Virus record (IMG/VR): IMGVR_UViG_3300048852_000029
Coordinates: 1-30,064 of that record
Direction: 5' to 3' (one strand)
DNA: 30,064 nt
DNA from: a virus
Lineage: Duplodnaviria; Caudoviricetes
The notes under the pieces are model-generated. The model was not told where the DNA came from. It saw only the letters and a list, made by a program, of their open reading frames with translations, and ran no database searches. How positions within the stretch are numbered: the stretch's first letter is position 1; each line of letters starts with the position of its first letter. The translations under genes and the position numbers were made by a program. This document shows, piece after piece, positions 1-8,477 of the stretch.

Positions 1-2
1 AC

Positions 3-446
3 CGCTCGGTCATCGCCGGGATCCTGCGGGTCACGGCGCACCTGATCAATGACCTGGAGCGCGGCACCTTCTCGAACATCGAGCACCTCGACCTCGCCCA
101 CTACAAGCACTGCCTCCGGCCGCATCTCGTGGACCTGGCGCAGACCATTCAGAAGGATCTGCTGACGCCGGAGGAGCGCCGCACCCTCTATGTCGACCAC
201 GACGAGAGCGAGCTGCTGCGCGGCGACCTGAAGACTCGGGCCGAGGTGCTGGAGAAGGCGATTCAGAACGGCCGCATGACGCCGAACGAGGCGCGCGCCG
301 AGGACAATCGGCCGCCGCTGCCGGGTGGCGACGAGCTCTTCATCAACTCGGCCTCGGTGCCGGTCCGGCTGGCCGCCCAGGGCCTGGCCGGGAAGGCCGC
401 CGAGCAGCAGACCAAGGGGCCCGCCGATGCCGCAGATGCCGCCTGA
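3..446 (+). CDS. Phage portal protein, HK97 family (3' part; starts upstream of the window)
   Basis: Frame is open from position 3: RSVIAGILRVTAHLINDLERGTFSNIEHL...LLRGDLKTRAE...MTPNEARAEDNRPPLPGGD, typical HK97 portal C-terminal motifs (TFSNIE, TPNE.R..E..PP..GGD). Confidence 0.93.
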   Translation, partial: RSVIAGILRVTAHLINDLERGTFSNIEHLDLAHYKHCLRPHLVDLAQTIQKDLLTPEERRTLYVDHDESELLRGDLKTRAEVLEKAIQNGRMTPNEARAEDNRPPLPGGDELFINSASVPVRLAAQGLAGKAAEQQTKGPADAADAA

Positions 447-1050
447 CAGCGAGACGCCAGCGGAGTTCGAGCTGCGCTTCCTGGAGGTCGAGGTCCGGGC
501 CACGACGAACGTGGACGGCAAGCCCGCCCGCCGGATCGAGGGCTTGGCCGCCCCGTACAACGCCCGGACCAAGATCCGCAGCTGGGGCGGCTATGAGTTC
601 GAGGAGTGGCTGGAGCCCGGCGTGTTCGGCGAGACGCTGCGCTCCGGCGCCGACGTCCGACTGCTGCTGGAGCACGATACGCGCTCCCTGCTGGCGCGGA
701 CCAAGGCTGGCAATCTCCGGCTGCGGGATGCAACCCGCGGCCTCGAGTTCGAGGCCGATCTGCCGGACACCCAGCTCGCCCGCGACGCGCTGGAGAACAT
801 CCGGGCGAAGAACTACCCGGGCATGAGCTTCGGCTTCGTGCCGAAGGACATGCTCCGCTCCTATGGCGACAACGGGCGGCTGCGCAGCGTGGCGCACCGC
901 TCGGCGACGCTGCGGGAGGTCTCGATCGTCTCCATGCCGGCCTATGCGAAGACTTCGGTCGCGTTGCGGTCGGTTCTTGAATCCCGCGCCGGCGCATTGC
1001 CGGGCGGCGATCCTGCCCTTCGGCTCCGCCTGCTGCGGCTCCGGGGCTAA
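427..1050 (+). CDS. HK97-family prohead (maturation) protease
   Basis: Motifs IEGLAAPYN, LLLEHD (His), GMSFGF (Ser), LREVSIVSMPAY; lies between portal and capsid. Start ATG 427 or 436 rather than the track's 325. Confidence 0.92.
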   Translation: MPQMPPDSETPAEFELRFLEVEVRATTNVDGKPARRIEGLAAPYNARTKIRSWGGYEFEEWLEPGVFGETLRSGADVRLLLEHDTRSLLARTKAGNLRLRDATRGLEFEADLPDTQLARDALENIRAKNYPGMSFGFVPKDMLRSYGDNGRLRSVAHRSATLREVSIVSMPAYAKTSVALRSVLESRAGALPGGDPALRLRLLRLRG

Positions 1051-1090
1051 CCCTGGCCGGGGGTGCCCGGCAACCACACGGAGAATCACG

Positions 1091-2608
1091 ATGAAGCACG
1101 GTCGCCTGCTGACCGCGGCGCTCGCCATGCTGTGCCTGGTGCTGGCAGGCGTCGCGCTGTTCGATCCCACGCCTGCTGCTGCCGCGGCTGCGGCCCTCGA
1201 CCTCGACCTGGCCGGCAGCTTCCGCCCGGCCGACTGGTCGCTGAGCCTGCTTGGAGCGCTCAGCGGAACCATCGCGCTCGCCGACCTGCAGCAGAAGCGC
1301 GCCAAGGCCATGGAGGAGCTGGAGGAGCTCGCCAAGGGGGGACTGAGCGAGGAGACGCGCAAGCGCTTCGACGAGCTGGAGGGCCAGGTCCGGACCCTGG
1401 ACGAGGACATCCAGCGGGCCGAGCGGCTGGACGCGGTGCGTCGCTCTGCCGCCAGCGCCCAGGCTCCCGCTCCGCAGCCGGGCACGACGCTGGGCCAGGA
1501 TCCGGTGGAACAGCGCGCGGCCGGTGTGCCGGCGCAGGTGGCGGAGCGGCGCGACCTCGGCTGGGAGTTCGGCGCCTTCGTCCGCTCCTATGCTCAGTCG
1601 CAGTTCGCCTTCCGCTCCGAGGGGCGTATCGTCGCGCCGGGCCAGATCGCCCGCGATCTCTATGGCGAGCGGCATCCGGTGACGGAGGCGGTGCAGCGTG
1701 CCCAGACGCTGAACGACAACGCCGGGGGCGGCTTCCTCGTGGCGCCGACCTATGCCTCCGAGATCATCCGCCTGTTCGGGCCGAACACCATCGTCCGCCG
1801 CCGCGGTCAGGTGGTGCCGGGCAATGCCTCCTACCTGAAGGGCAAGACCGGTGCGACGGTCGGCTATGTCGGCGAGAACGAGCAGGGGCAGGTGACCGGG
1901 GTCACCTTTGGCCTGATCGACATGACGGAGAAGGACATCTCCGCCATCCTGCCGATCAGCCAGAAGCTGCTCCGCAACGCCAACACGATCGGGCTCGAAT
2001 CCTACTGCCGGGACGAGCTGATCCGCGCCGCGGCCGAGTTCGAGGACCGCAAGTTCCTCTACGGCAGCGGCGTGGGCAAGGAGGTGAAGGGCTATGCCCA
2101 CGCCATCCCGGCGGGGCAGAAGTTCGCGGCGGTGAACAAGACCGCGCCGACCAATGCCGAGGTGCGCGCCGATCTGCGCAAGCTCCTGAAGGCGCTGGCG
2201 GATGCCAACGTGCCGGTGGACGGCAACGAGCCGGCCTGGTTCCTGAACCAAGCCGTGAAGATGTACCTGGAGGACCTGTACCAGGGCGACCTGAAGGCGT
2301 TCCCGACGCTGGAGGGGCCGAACCCGACGCTGCTGGGCTATCCGGTGGCAACCACGACCCAGATCACCGGCCCGGCCGGCGCCGGCGGCGACATCTTCTT
2401 CGGCGCGCACCGCTACGCCATGATCGGCGACAGCGTGACCATGCGCCTGTCCACCTCCGACCAGGCCTCCTTCAAGGATGCCAGCGGCCAGCAGGTGAAC
2501 ATGTGGGCGCAGGGCATGATGGCGATCAAGCTCGACATGAGCCACGACTTCGCCCTGCGCTACGAGCAGGCCTTCGGCATGCTCACCGCCGTGAAGTGGG
2601 GCGGTTGA
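1091..2608 (+). CDS. Major capsid protein, HK97 fold
   Basis: GGAGA SD before ATG 1091; coiled-coil delta-like region, GGFLVAP, YVGE, ISQKLLRN, EDRKFLYGSG, LLGYPV motifs; position after the protease. Confidence 0.93.
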   Translation: MKHGRLLTAALAMLCLVLAGVALFDPTPAAAAAAALDLDLAGSFRPADWSLSLLGALSGTIALADLQQKRAKAMEELEELAKGGLSEETRKRFDELEGQVRTLDEDIQRAERLDAVRRSAASAQAPAPQPGTTLGQDPVEQRAAGVPAQVAERRDLGWEFGAFVRSYAQSQFAFRSEGRIVAPGQIARDLYGERHPVTEAVQRAQTLNDNAGGGFLVAPTYASEIIRLFGPNTIVRRRGQVVPGNASYLKGKTGATVGYVGENEQGQVTGVTFGLIDMTEKDISAILPISQKLLRNANTIGLESYCRDELIRAAAEFEDRKFLYGSGVGKEVKGYAHAIPAGQKFAAVNKTAPTNAEVRADLRKLLKALADANVPVDGNEPAWFLNQAVKMYLEDLYQGDLKAFPTLEGPNPTLLGYPVATTTQITGPAGAGGDIFFGAHRYAMIGDSVTMRLSTSDQASFKDASGQQVNMWAQGMMAIKLDMSHDFALRYEQAFGMLTAVKWGG

Positions 2609-2626
2609 CGCTGCCCTGAGCCAGCT

Positions 2627-2648
2627 GAGGGGCGCCTAGCCGCCCCTC
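2627..2648 (+). terminator. Hairpin after the capsid gene (possible terminator or stabiliser)
   Basis: GAGGGGCG-cctagc-CGCCCCTC inverted repeat; no strong U tract. Confidence 0.35.
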
Positions 2649-2682
2649 CTCCTCCGGCCCCCTGACAGAGAGATCCTGACCC

Positions 2683-3150
2683 ATGCCCATCAGCACCGCT
2701 CTGGGCCGCGATGACGCGGCTCTGATGACGCCTGCCTACTGCAAGGCCGAGTACGACCTGACCGCCGGCGCCGGCACCGACAATGCCGAGCAGACGGGCG
2801 CCGCGCTCGACCTGCGCGACGGCTTCGGTACCCGCCGCTTTCAGTCCGGCACGGCGGTGATCGCCGCGACGGCGACGCTCGCCGCGGCGGCCACCCTGGT
2901 GGTGACCGCCATCTGGGAGCACAGCGACGACGGCTCGGCCTGGGACGAGATCGGCACCGACGAGACGGTCCTGACGCTGACCGGCCCGGCCGGTGGCGGC
3001 ACTGTCACCGGCGCTGGTGTGCTCGGCATCAACCTCGCCGAGGCGAAGCGGCATGTCCGCGTGAAGTTCACGCCCGACCTGTCCGCCGCGGCCACCGACA
3101 CGGCGAAGGTCGCCACGTCCTACGTGCTGACCAGCCCGAGCGAGATCTGA
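2683..3150 (+). CDS. Phage structural protein after the capsid gene (possible head decoration/cement protein)
   Basis: 155 aa, beta-rich Ala/Thr/Gly composition, high-GC codon usage, directly after the capsid gene; function inferred from position only. Confidence 0.6.
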   Translation: MPISTALGRDDAALMTPAYCKAEYDLTAGAGTDNAEQTGAALDLRDGFGTRRFQSGTAVIAATATLAAAATLVVTAIWEHSDDGSAWDEIGTDETVLTLTGPAGGGTVTGAGVLGINLAEAKRHVRVKFTPDLSAAATDTAKVATSYVLTSPSEI

Positions 3151-3155
3151 CGGAC

Positions 3156-3171
3156 GGCGGCTTCGGCCGCC
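3156..3171 (+). terminator. cUUCGg tetraloop hairpin
   Basis: GGCGGC-TTCG-GCCGCC followed by TTCCCATTC. Confidence 0.45.
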
Positions 3172-3197
3172 TTCCCATTCGCCTGAAGGGCACGACC

Positions 3198-3344
3198 ATG
3201 GACAGCATCGTCACAGTGATCACGCCGCCGGCGGCAACTCGGCTGGCGCAGCTCGAGACGCTGAAGGCGGCGCTGTCCATCCCCGCCGGCGCCCCGCCCC
3301 GCGACGTGGCGCCCGGCGGCCGGCTCGACCAGCGCGAGGGCTGA
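3198..3344 (+). pseudogene. Truncated paralogue of the head-tail connector N-terminus (48 aa)
   Basis: MDSIVTVITPPAATRLAQLETLKAALSI aligns by eye with MLRVVTPAATSDLTVLATLKAELQI (5871 ORF), then degenerates; GAAGGG SD-like sequence upstream. Below the ORF-track length cutoff. Confidence 0.65.
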
Positions 3345-3347
3345 GCC

Positions 3348-4253
3348 GTGCGCGGTAATGGAATCGAGCACACCACCACGGGCGGGGCCGGCGCGCTGAC
3401 GCTGGCGCCCGTCGCCGGCAAGCCGAGTTATGCCAACGTGTTCGGTAGCACCGGTACACGCTGGGTGGAATACACCGTCACTGACGGCGACAAGATGGAA
3501 GGCGGCTTCGGCGCCCTGGACCTCGCCACCATGGTGCTTACTCGCTCCAAGGTGGTGTGGACCTGGGATGGCACGAACTACAGCACGACGCCTGCGGGAC
3601 CGCTGACGATCAGCAGCACTGCGTCGGTGATCTGCGCCGCAAACGCCGATAGCGCTCTGCCGGGGCACTTCGGGCGCGCGTCAGTTTCTGGCGGATGGGG
3701 CGTGAATGGTGGGCCTATCCCCTGGGCCAACTGGATCATGACCGGCAATTTCCGCGCGCCCAGCACCCCCGCCGCCAATGTTGTCTATTTCACCCCGGTG
3801 CTGTGGGCGGCGCGCGTGCCGGTTTCCAAGTTCTGGGTGCAGGTCAACACCGCGTTCACCGCTGGCGTGCGCTTCCGATATGCGCTGTATGAGTTCAACC
3901 CAGTGACTTATCTGCCAGGCAAGCTGCTGTTCGAGGGCACAACGGAAGATGCGGTGGATACGGGCGGTGGCACTGGCCACACTGTTCTGTTGCCAGAATC
4001 CGTGTACCTGCCGAACGGCTGGTACTTCGCTGCACTGATGGTGAACGGCGTGACCCCGTCAGGCAGCCTGCGCGTTCCTGCTGATGGCATGATCTCTTCC
4101 ATGACCCCGCTCAACGGCAACACGGCGGGAGGCCACGGCATATTGGTTAAGAACGGCATCACCTACGACACCTTCGCCACGGCGATTGGTGACAACCCGA
4201 CCGGCATCATCTTCGACGCCAAGCAGTGGCTTTGCCCAATGCTAGGGAACTGA
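3348..4253 (+). CDS. Fibre/receptor-binding-like protein located in the head region
   Basis: First ~100 aa resemble the N-terminus of the tail fibre at 17914 (GN...T..G.G...L...G...F...YtiTDG...E...G......LTR...VxC); C-terminal part is beta-rich and visibly lower in GC. Confidence 0.65.
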   Translation: MRGNGIEHTTTGGAGALTLAPVAGKPSYANVFGSTGTRWVEYTVTDGDKMEGGFGALDLATMVLTRSKVVWTWDGTNYSTTPAGPLTISSTASVICAANADSALPGHFGRASVSGGWGVNGGPIPWANWIMTGNFRAPSTPAANVVYFTPVLWAARVPVSKFWVQVNTAFTAGVRFRYALYEFNPVTYLPGKLLFEGTTEDAVDTGGGTGHTVLLPESVYLPNGWYFAALMVNGVTPSGSLRVPADGMISSMTPLNGNTAGGHGILVKNGITYDTFATAIGDNPTGIIFDAKQWLCPMLGN

Positions 4254-4255
4254 CG

Positions 4256-4750
4256 ATGGTGACCGTGAATCTCTCTCCGGACCAGCTTTCTCCTGGCCTC
4301 GTCCCGGCGCTGGAAGCCGCCGGGCTGCGGATGTGGGTCGAGAACAACGTCCCGACCACTGAGAACGCAGGCATGGCGGCGGCTATCGAGACTTTTGTCT
4401 CGACCTACGACCCGCTACCGGACACCAAGGCCGCAAAGCTGGCGGAGCTGGCGGAGTACCGCTGGGAACGAGAGACCGGCGGCATCACGGTGAATGGCCT
4501 GCCCGTCTACACCGACGACCGGAGCAAGCTCCTCCTCAATGGCGCCCGCTCGCGCGGACAGGGCGCGCGATGGAAGACCACGGCTGGGTTTGTGCATCTG
4601 ACCGCCGAAGAGGTGGAGGCGCTGGCCCAGGCTGTCGCTGCCCATGTTCAGGCGTGCTTCGACCGTGAGGCGGAACTGACCGAGCAGATCGAGGCCCTGA
4701 CCGACTGGCAGGCGGTGGCGGCGTTCGACATCACCACCGGCTGGCCATGA
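4256..4750 (+). CDS. DUF4376-like protein (tail-fibre assembly/chaperone type)
   Basis: KAAKLAELAEYRWERETGGITVNG...TDDRSK...WKT..GFV.LTAEEVEALAQAVAAHVQACFDRE pattern recalled for DUF4376; follows a fibre-like gene. Confidence 0.75.
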   Translation: MVTVNLSPDQLSPGLVPALEAAGLRMWVENNVPTTENAGMAAAIETFVSTYDPLPDTKAAKLAELAEYRWERETGGITVNGLPVYTDDRSKLLLNGARSRGQGARWKTTAGFVHLTAEEVEALAQAVAAHVQACFDREAELTEQIEALTDWQAVAAFDITTGWP

Positions 4751-5481
4751 GCTACGGCGTCGCCCCCTACGGCTCACAGCCGTACGGTGGCACCCCGGCC
4801 GTTGCTGATGGCGGCCCGGCCGCGCTCACCGCCGCGCCACTCGCAGCGGGCGCCCCGGCCCTCGGCGCTCCGGCGCTGGCGCAGGACCACGCCCTCGCGG
4901 CCGCCTCGCTGGAGACCGGCACGCCGGGGCTTGGCGCCGCCGCGCTGTCGCAGGCGCATGCGCTGACCGCCCAGGCGTTGGCTGCGGGGGCGCCTGTCGC
5001 CGCCGCACCCGCGATTGGGCAGCGGCACGCGCTCGCCGCGGCGGGGCTCGCTGCTGGCGCTCCGGCTCTCGGCACCCCGGACCTCGCCCGGTCCGGCCAG
5101 TTCGTGCCGGTCGGTCTCGCCGCCGGCACGCCGGCGCTGGGCGCGCCTGCGCTCGGCCAGAGGCATGCGCTGGCTGCTGCCGGGCTCGCTGCCGGAGTGC
5201 CGGTTGCGGGCGCGCCGCTGGTGGCGATCGCTCACCCGCTGGTGGCCGCGCTGCTGGCCACGCCGAACCCGATCCTGGCCACGCCGGCCGTCGGGCAGCG
5301 GCACGCCCTCGGCGCCGCTGGCCTCGCCGCCGGAACGCCGTCCCTCGGCCGGCCGGCGGTGCGCCTGAGCGGGGCCGTGGCGACGCCGCGCACACCACGC
5401 GCCGCCGCCGCGGCGCGGGGCGCCCCACCGTCAGCCGCGGCGGCGCGCAGCGCGCGCCCGCCTGCCGCCCCTCGCGCCTAG
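4747..5481 (+). CDS. Ala/Gly/Pro-rich repeat protein (8 x 23-aa repeats)
   Basis: ATGA overlap with the upstream stop; repeats with consensus AL.AA.LAAG.P.LG.PA.GQ.H. Confidence 0.75.
   Translation: MSYGVAPYGSQPYGGTPAVADGGPAALTAAPLAAGAPALGAPALAQDHALAAASLETGTPGLGAAALSQAHALTAQALAAGAPVAAAPAIGQRHALAAAGLAAGAPALGTPDLARSGQFVPVGLAAGTPALGAPALGQRHALAAAGLAAGVPVAGAPLVAIAHPLVAALLATPNPILATPAVGQRHALGAAGLAAGTPSLGRPAVRLSGAVATPRTPRAAAAARGAPPSAAAARSARPPAAPRA
4822..5373 (+). repeat. Eight tandem 69-bp (23-codon) degenerate coding repeats
   Basis: Units ALTAAPLAAGAPALGAPALAQDH / ALAAASLETGTPGLGAAALSQAH / ... / ALGAAGLAAGTPSLGRPAVRLSG, counted from the translation. Confidence 0.85.
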
Positions 5482-5490
5482 GAGGACCTG

Positions 5491-5865
5491 ATGCCGTACC
5501 TCAACGACCGCGTGCTCGACCTCGGGCTGAACGTGCTCGATACCGAGGCCACGCACATCTACGTCTGCTCGTCCGAGCCGGCGTCGTTCGCCGCCGCGGG
5601 CACCGCGAAGCTCGGCAGCAAGGCGCTGGCGGCGGGCGGGATCGGGGCCCCGGCCGCGCGGGCCCCGAGCGGGCGCAAGGTGACGGTGGCGGCGTTCACC
5701 GATGGCGCCGTCGTGGCGGATGGCACCGCCACGCACTGGGCGGTCGTGGACGAGACGAACAGCCGGTTGCTCGCGGCGAACACCCTGGCCGCGTCCCAGG
5801 GCGTGACCAATGGCAACTCGTTCAGCCTGGCCGCCTTCGACATCGGCATCCCCGGGCCGGCATAA
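5491..5865 (+). CDS. Phage virion-region protein of unknown function
   Basis: GGAGG SD at 5481-5485; 124 aa; typical codon usage; ends ...GNSFSLAAFDIGIP. Confidence 0.8.
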   Translation: MPYLNDRVLDLGLNVLDTEATHIYVCSSEPASFAAAGTAKLGSKALAAGGIGAPAARAPSGRKVTVAAFTDGAVVADGTATHWAVVDETNSRLLAANTLAASQGVTNGNSFSLAAFDIGIPGPA

Positions 5866-5870
5866 CCGTC

Positions 5871-6479
5871 ATGCTGCGCGTCGTCACGCCCGCCGCCACC
5901 TCCGACCTGACCGTGCTCGCCACGCTGAAGGCGGAGCTGCAGATCACGGATGCCACGTCGGAAGCCTACCTCTCCGACCTGATCCGCCAGGCCAGCGACG
6001 CCATTGCGCGCTTCTGCAACCGGGTCTTCGCGCGCCAGGGCTATGAGGAGACCATCCGGCTGTCCCGCCCGCTCGACGCGCTGGTGCTGAGCCGGGTGCC
6101 GGTGGCGGCGATCACCGCAGTGACCGAGGACGGCGCGGCGCTGGCGGAGGGCGCGGACTTTGAGGTCGAGAGCGAGTCCGGCCTGCTCCACCGCCTGCGC
6201 TCCGACTGCCGCGTCCGCTGGTGCGCGCGCAAGGTGGTGGTGACCTACGAGGCCGGGTACGAGCTGCTGGGCGGGCTGCCCTATGACGTGGAGCGGGCCT
6301 GCCTCGATACCTGCAAGGCGTGGTGGCACGCGCGCGGCCGTGACCCGATGCTGCGGAGCGAGAGCGACCAGTCGATCGGCTCGGTCTCCTACATCGCTTC
6401 GACCGACACGGGTTTCCTGCCGCTGCAGGTTCAATCGGCACTCAAGGACGGCGGGCACATCCTCGTCGTGGTGGCCTGA
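5871..6479 (+). CDS. Head-tail connector protein (gp6/gp15-like)
   Basis: L..LK.EL.I.....D.YL..LI.QAS..I..FCNR, LSR.PV..I..V, VVVTY.AGY..LP.DV..AC pattern. Confidence 0.8.
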   Translation: MLRVVTPAATSDLTVLATLKAELQITDATSEAYLSDLIRQASDAIARFCNRVFARQGYEETIRLSRPLDALVLSRVPVAAITAVTEDGAALAEGADFEVESESGLLHRLRSDCRVRWCARKVVVTYEAGYELLGGLPYDVERACLDTCKAWWHARGRDPMLRSESDQSIGSVSYIASTDTGFLPLQVQSALKDGGHILVVVA

Positions 6480-6817
6480 TGGGCGCGATCGCGGATGCCC
6501 GCCGCCGGCAGCTGGCCCGGCGCGGTCGGCCCATGACGCTGTCCCGGCTGGTGACGGATGGGGCTCCTGTGGCGGTCACGCCGACCGGCTACGCCCGCGA
6601 TTACCGGCCGGAGGAGCTGGTCGGCGGCATCATGCAGGGCGACATCCGCGTCGAGATCGGCGCCGACGAGATCGCTGCCGCCGCCTGGCCGGCGCCGCCA
6701 CGCAAGCCGGATCGGCTGGTGGTGGACGGCCGGACCTACACGGTGCAGGGCGCCACCGCCGTCTATGACGGCCCGACGCTGGCCGGCTGGAGCCTCTGGG
6801 CGCGGGGTGGCGCATGA
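6479..6817 (+). CDS. Head closure/head-tail adaptor protein
   Basis: TGATG coupling; 112 aa with ELVGGIMQGD...P.K.DRLVVDGRTYTV pattern; syntenic position. Confidence 0.7.
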   Translation: MGAIADARRRQLARRGRPMTLSRLVTDGAPVAVTPTGYARDYRPEELVGGIMQGDIRVEIGADEIAAAAWPAPPRKPDRLVVDGRTYTVQGATAVYDGPTLAGWSLWARGGA

Positions 6818-7215
6818 GCAGCCCTGAGGTCTGGGCCGATGCCCGTGCCCGGCTCGAGGCCGGCGGGCTCGGCGTGCCCATCGCCTGGCCCAACGAGGCC
6901 TTCGACAAGCCGGAGCCGCCCGCCCCGTGGCTCCTGGTGGAGATCTCCGGCGACCTGTCGGAGCCGATCGAGCTCGGCGGCGCCGGCGTCTGGCAGGAGG
7001 ATGGCGCCATCCTGGTGCATGTGATGGTGCCGACCGACACCGGCGTCACCGATGGCCTGGCGCTGCGCAAGACGGTGGCGAACCTGTTCCGTGGCCTGCC
7101 GCCGGGGCCCGTCACCTATCACGGCGCGACCTTCGATCCTGGCGGGCCCGGGGATGACACCGGGGTCTACCACCGCCTCTCGCTCAGCATCCGGTACCGC
7201 TACCAGGACCGGTGA
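6814..7215 (+). CDS. Tail terminator-like protein
   Basis: IAWPNE.F..P...PWL.V...G...VHVMVP...G pattern; immediately before the tail tube gene; ATGA overlap. Confidence 0.7.
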   Translation: MSSPEVWADARARLEAGGLGVPIAWPNEAFDKPEPPAPWLLVEISGDLSEPIELGGAGVWQEDGAILVHVMVPTDTGVTDGLALRKTVANLFRGLPPGPVTYHGATFDPGGPGDDTGVYHRLSLSIRYRYQDR

Positions 7216-7280
7216 TCCCGCCGCCGCTGGCGCCTACCCAGCCGCCGCGCGCGGTCTTTCCACAGCTTTGGAGATGAGCC

Positions 7281-8477
7281 ATGGCCACTGCGGGCTACGC
7301 CGCGGGCGTCGAGACCAATGCCGTCGTTCTGAGCTACGCCGCCGAGACCGCCTGGGGCACGCTGCCCAGCGTGGCCTTCAAGGCGCTGCGCCTCACCTCG
7401 GAGAGCCTGTCGGGCCAGAAGACCCGCCAGCGTCCGAGCGAGATCAACGCCACCCGGCAGGCCTCGGCCGCGATCACCACCCAGGAGAGTGCCGGCGGCC
7501 AGATCAGTTTCGCCCTGTCCTACGGCACCTTTGACGATCTGTTCGCGGGCCTGCTCGGCGACGACTGGTCGACGCCGCTGGCCATCGACAGCGCCGCCGG
7601 CGACATCAGCACGGTCGCGACCGGCAACAAGCTGACCTCCACCACGGCCGGGAAGTTCACCGCCATCGCCGTCGGCCAGTGGATCAAGCTGTCCGGCTTC
7701 GCGGCCGGCGCGAACACCAACAATGGCTGGTACCGCATCTCGGCCAAGACCTCGGCGCAGGACATCACCCTGGCCGGCAAGACGGTGACAAACGAGACCC
7801 CGGCGGGCACCGCCGCGAAGATTCGCGGCTCCATGCTGCGCAACGGGGTGAACTTCCAGAGCTTCTATGTCCAGAAGCAGGTCGGGGCCGGCCAGTTCCT
7901 GCGCTACCCGGGCAGCTACGTGACCGCCGGCAGCATCGCCGCGGCGCTCGGCCAGCCGGTGTCCGGCAGCTTCACCCTGGCCTCCCAGCAGGAGATGAAG
8001 GCGACCACGGACGCCTCCACCGGCGCCATCACCGCCGCGCCGGCGGGCCGCGTGCACGACACCGTCGCCGGCCTCGGCACGCTGCAGATGGACGATGCGG
8101 CGATCGCTGCCACGGTGGAGAGCTTCTCGCTCGACCTCACCAACGAGGGCGCCGCGGCGCAGTACGGTCTCGGCAGTGCCGCCGCGGCGGGCATGCTGGG
8201 CGGCACCTTCACCGGCGCGGGGCGCCTGCGGACCTTCTTCAAGGATTTCACCCTCTACGACCGGTTCAAGTCGGAGGCCGCCGGGCGGATCGCCTTCCGC
8301 ACCGCCGATGACACCGGCGCCGGCTACGTCTTCACCGGGCTGAACACCACGATCGTGAATCCGCAGATCGTCGCCGGCGGCCCGGGCCAGGCGGTGATGG
8401 CGGAGTTCGCGCTCGAGCTGAACCCGGACGCCACCACGGGCAAGACCCTGCAAATCGACCGGGCGCCGGCCGCCTGA
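7281..8477 (+). CDS. Major tail tube protein
   Basis: GGAG SD; YAAETAWG.LP...LR.TSESL...SEI...RQ pattern; 398 aa; precedes the chaperone and tape measure genes. Confidence 0.85.
   Translation: MATAGYAAGVETNAVVLSYAAETAWGTLPSVAFKALRLTSESLSGQKTRQRPSEINATRQASAAITTQESAGGQISFALSYGTFDDLFAGLLGDDWSTPLAIDSAAGDISTVATGNKLTSTTAGKFTAIAVGQWIKLSGFAAGANTNNGWYRISAKTSAQDITLAGKTVTNETPAGTAAKIRGSMLRNGVNFQSFYVQKQVGAGQFLRYPGSYVTAGSIAAALGQPVSGSFTLASQQEMKATTDASTGAITAAPAGRVHDTVAGLGTLQMDDAAIAATVESFSLDLTNEGAAAQYGLGSAAAAGMLGGTFTGAGRLRTFFKDFTLYDRFKSEAAGRIAFRTADDTGAGYVFTGLNTTIVNPQIVAGGPGQAVMAEFALELNPDATTGKTLQIDRAPAA

Noticed and set aside
263-2545. 760-aa minus-strand ORF and similar long overlapping ORFs (e.g. 1063-2619, 7200-8885, 12299-13231, 17065-18243)
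   Set aside because: Shadow frames of well-supported high-GC phage genes; Arg/Pro/Ala-rich translations without motifs.
4822-5373. CRISPR-like array
   Set aside because: The repeats are degenerate in-frame coding units with no constant repeat plus unique spacer structure, and no cas genes are present.
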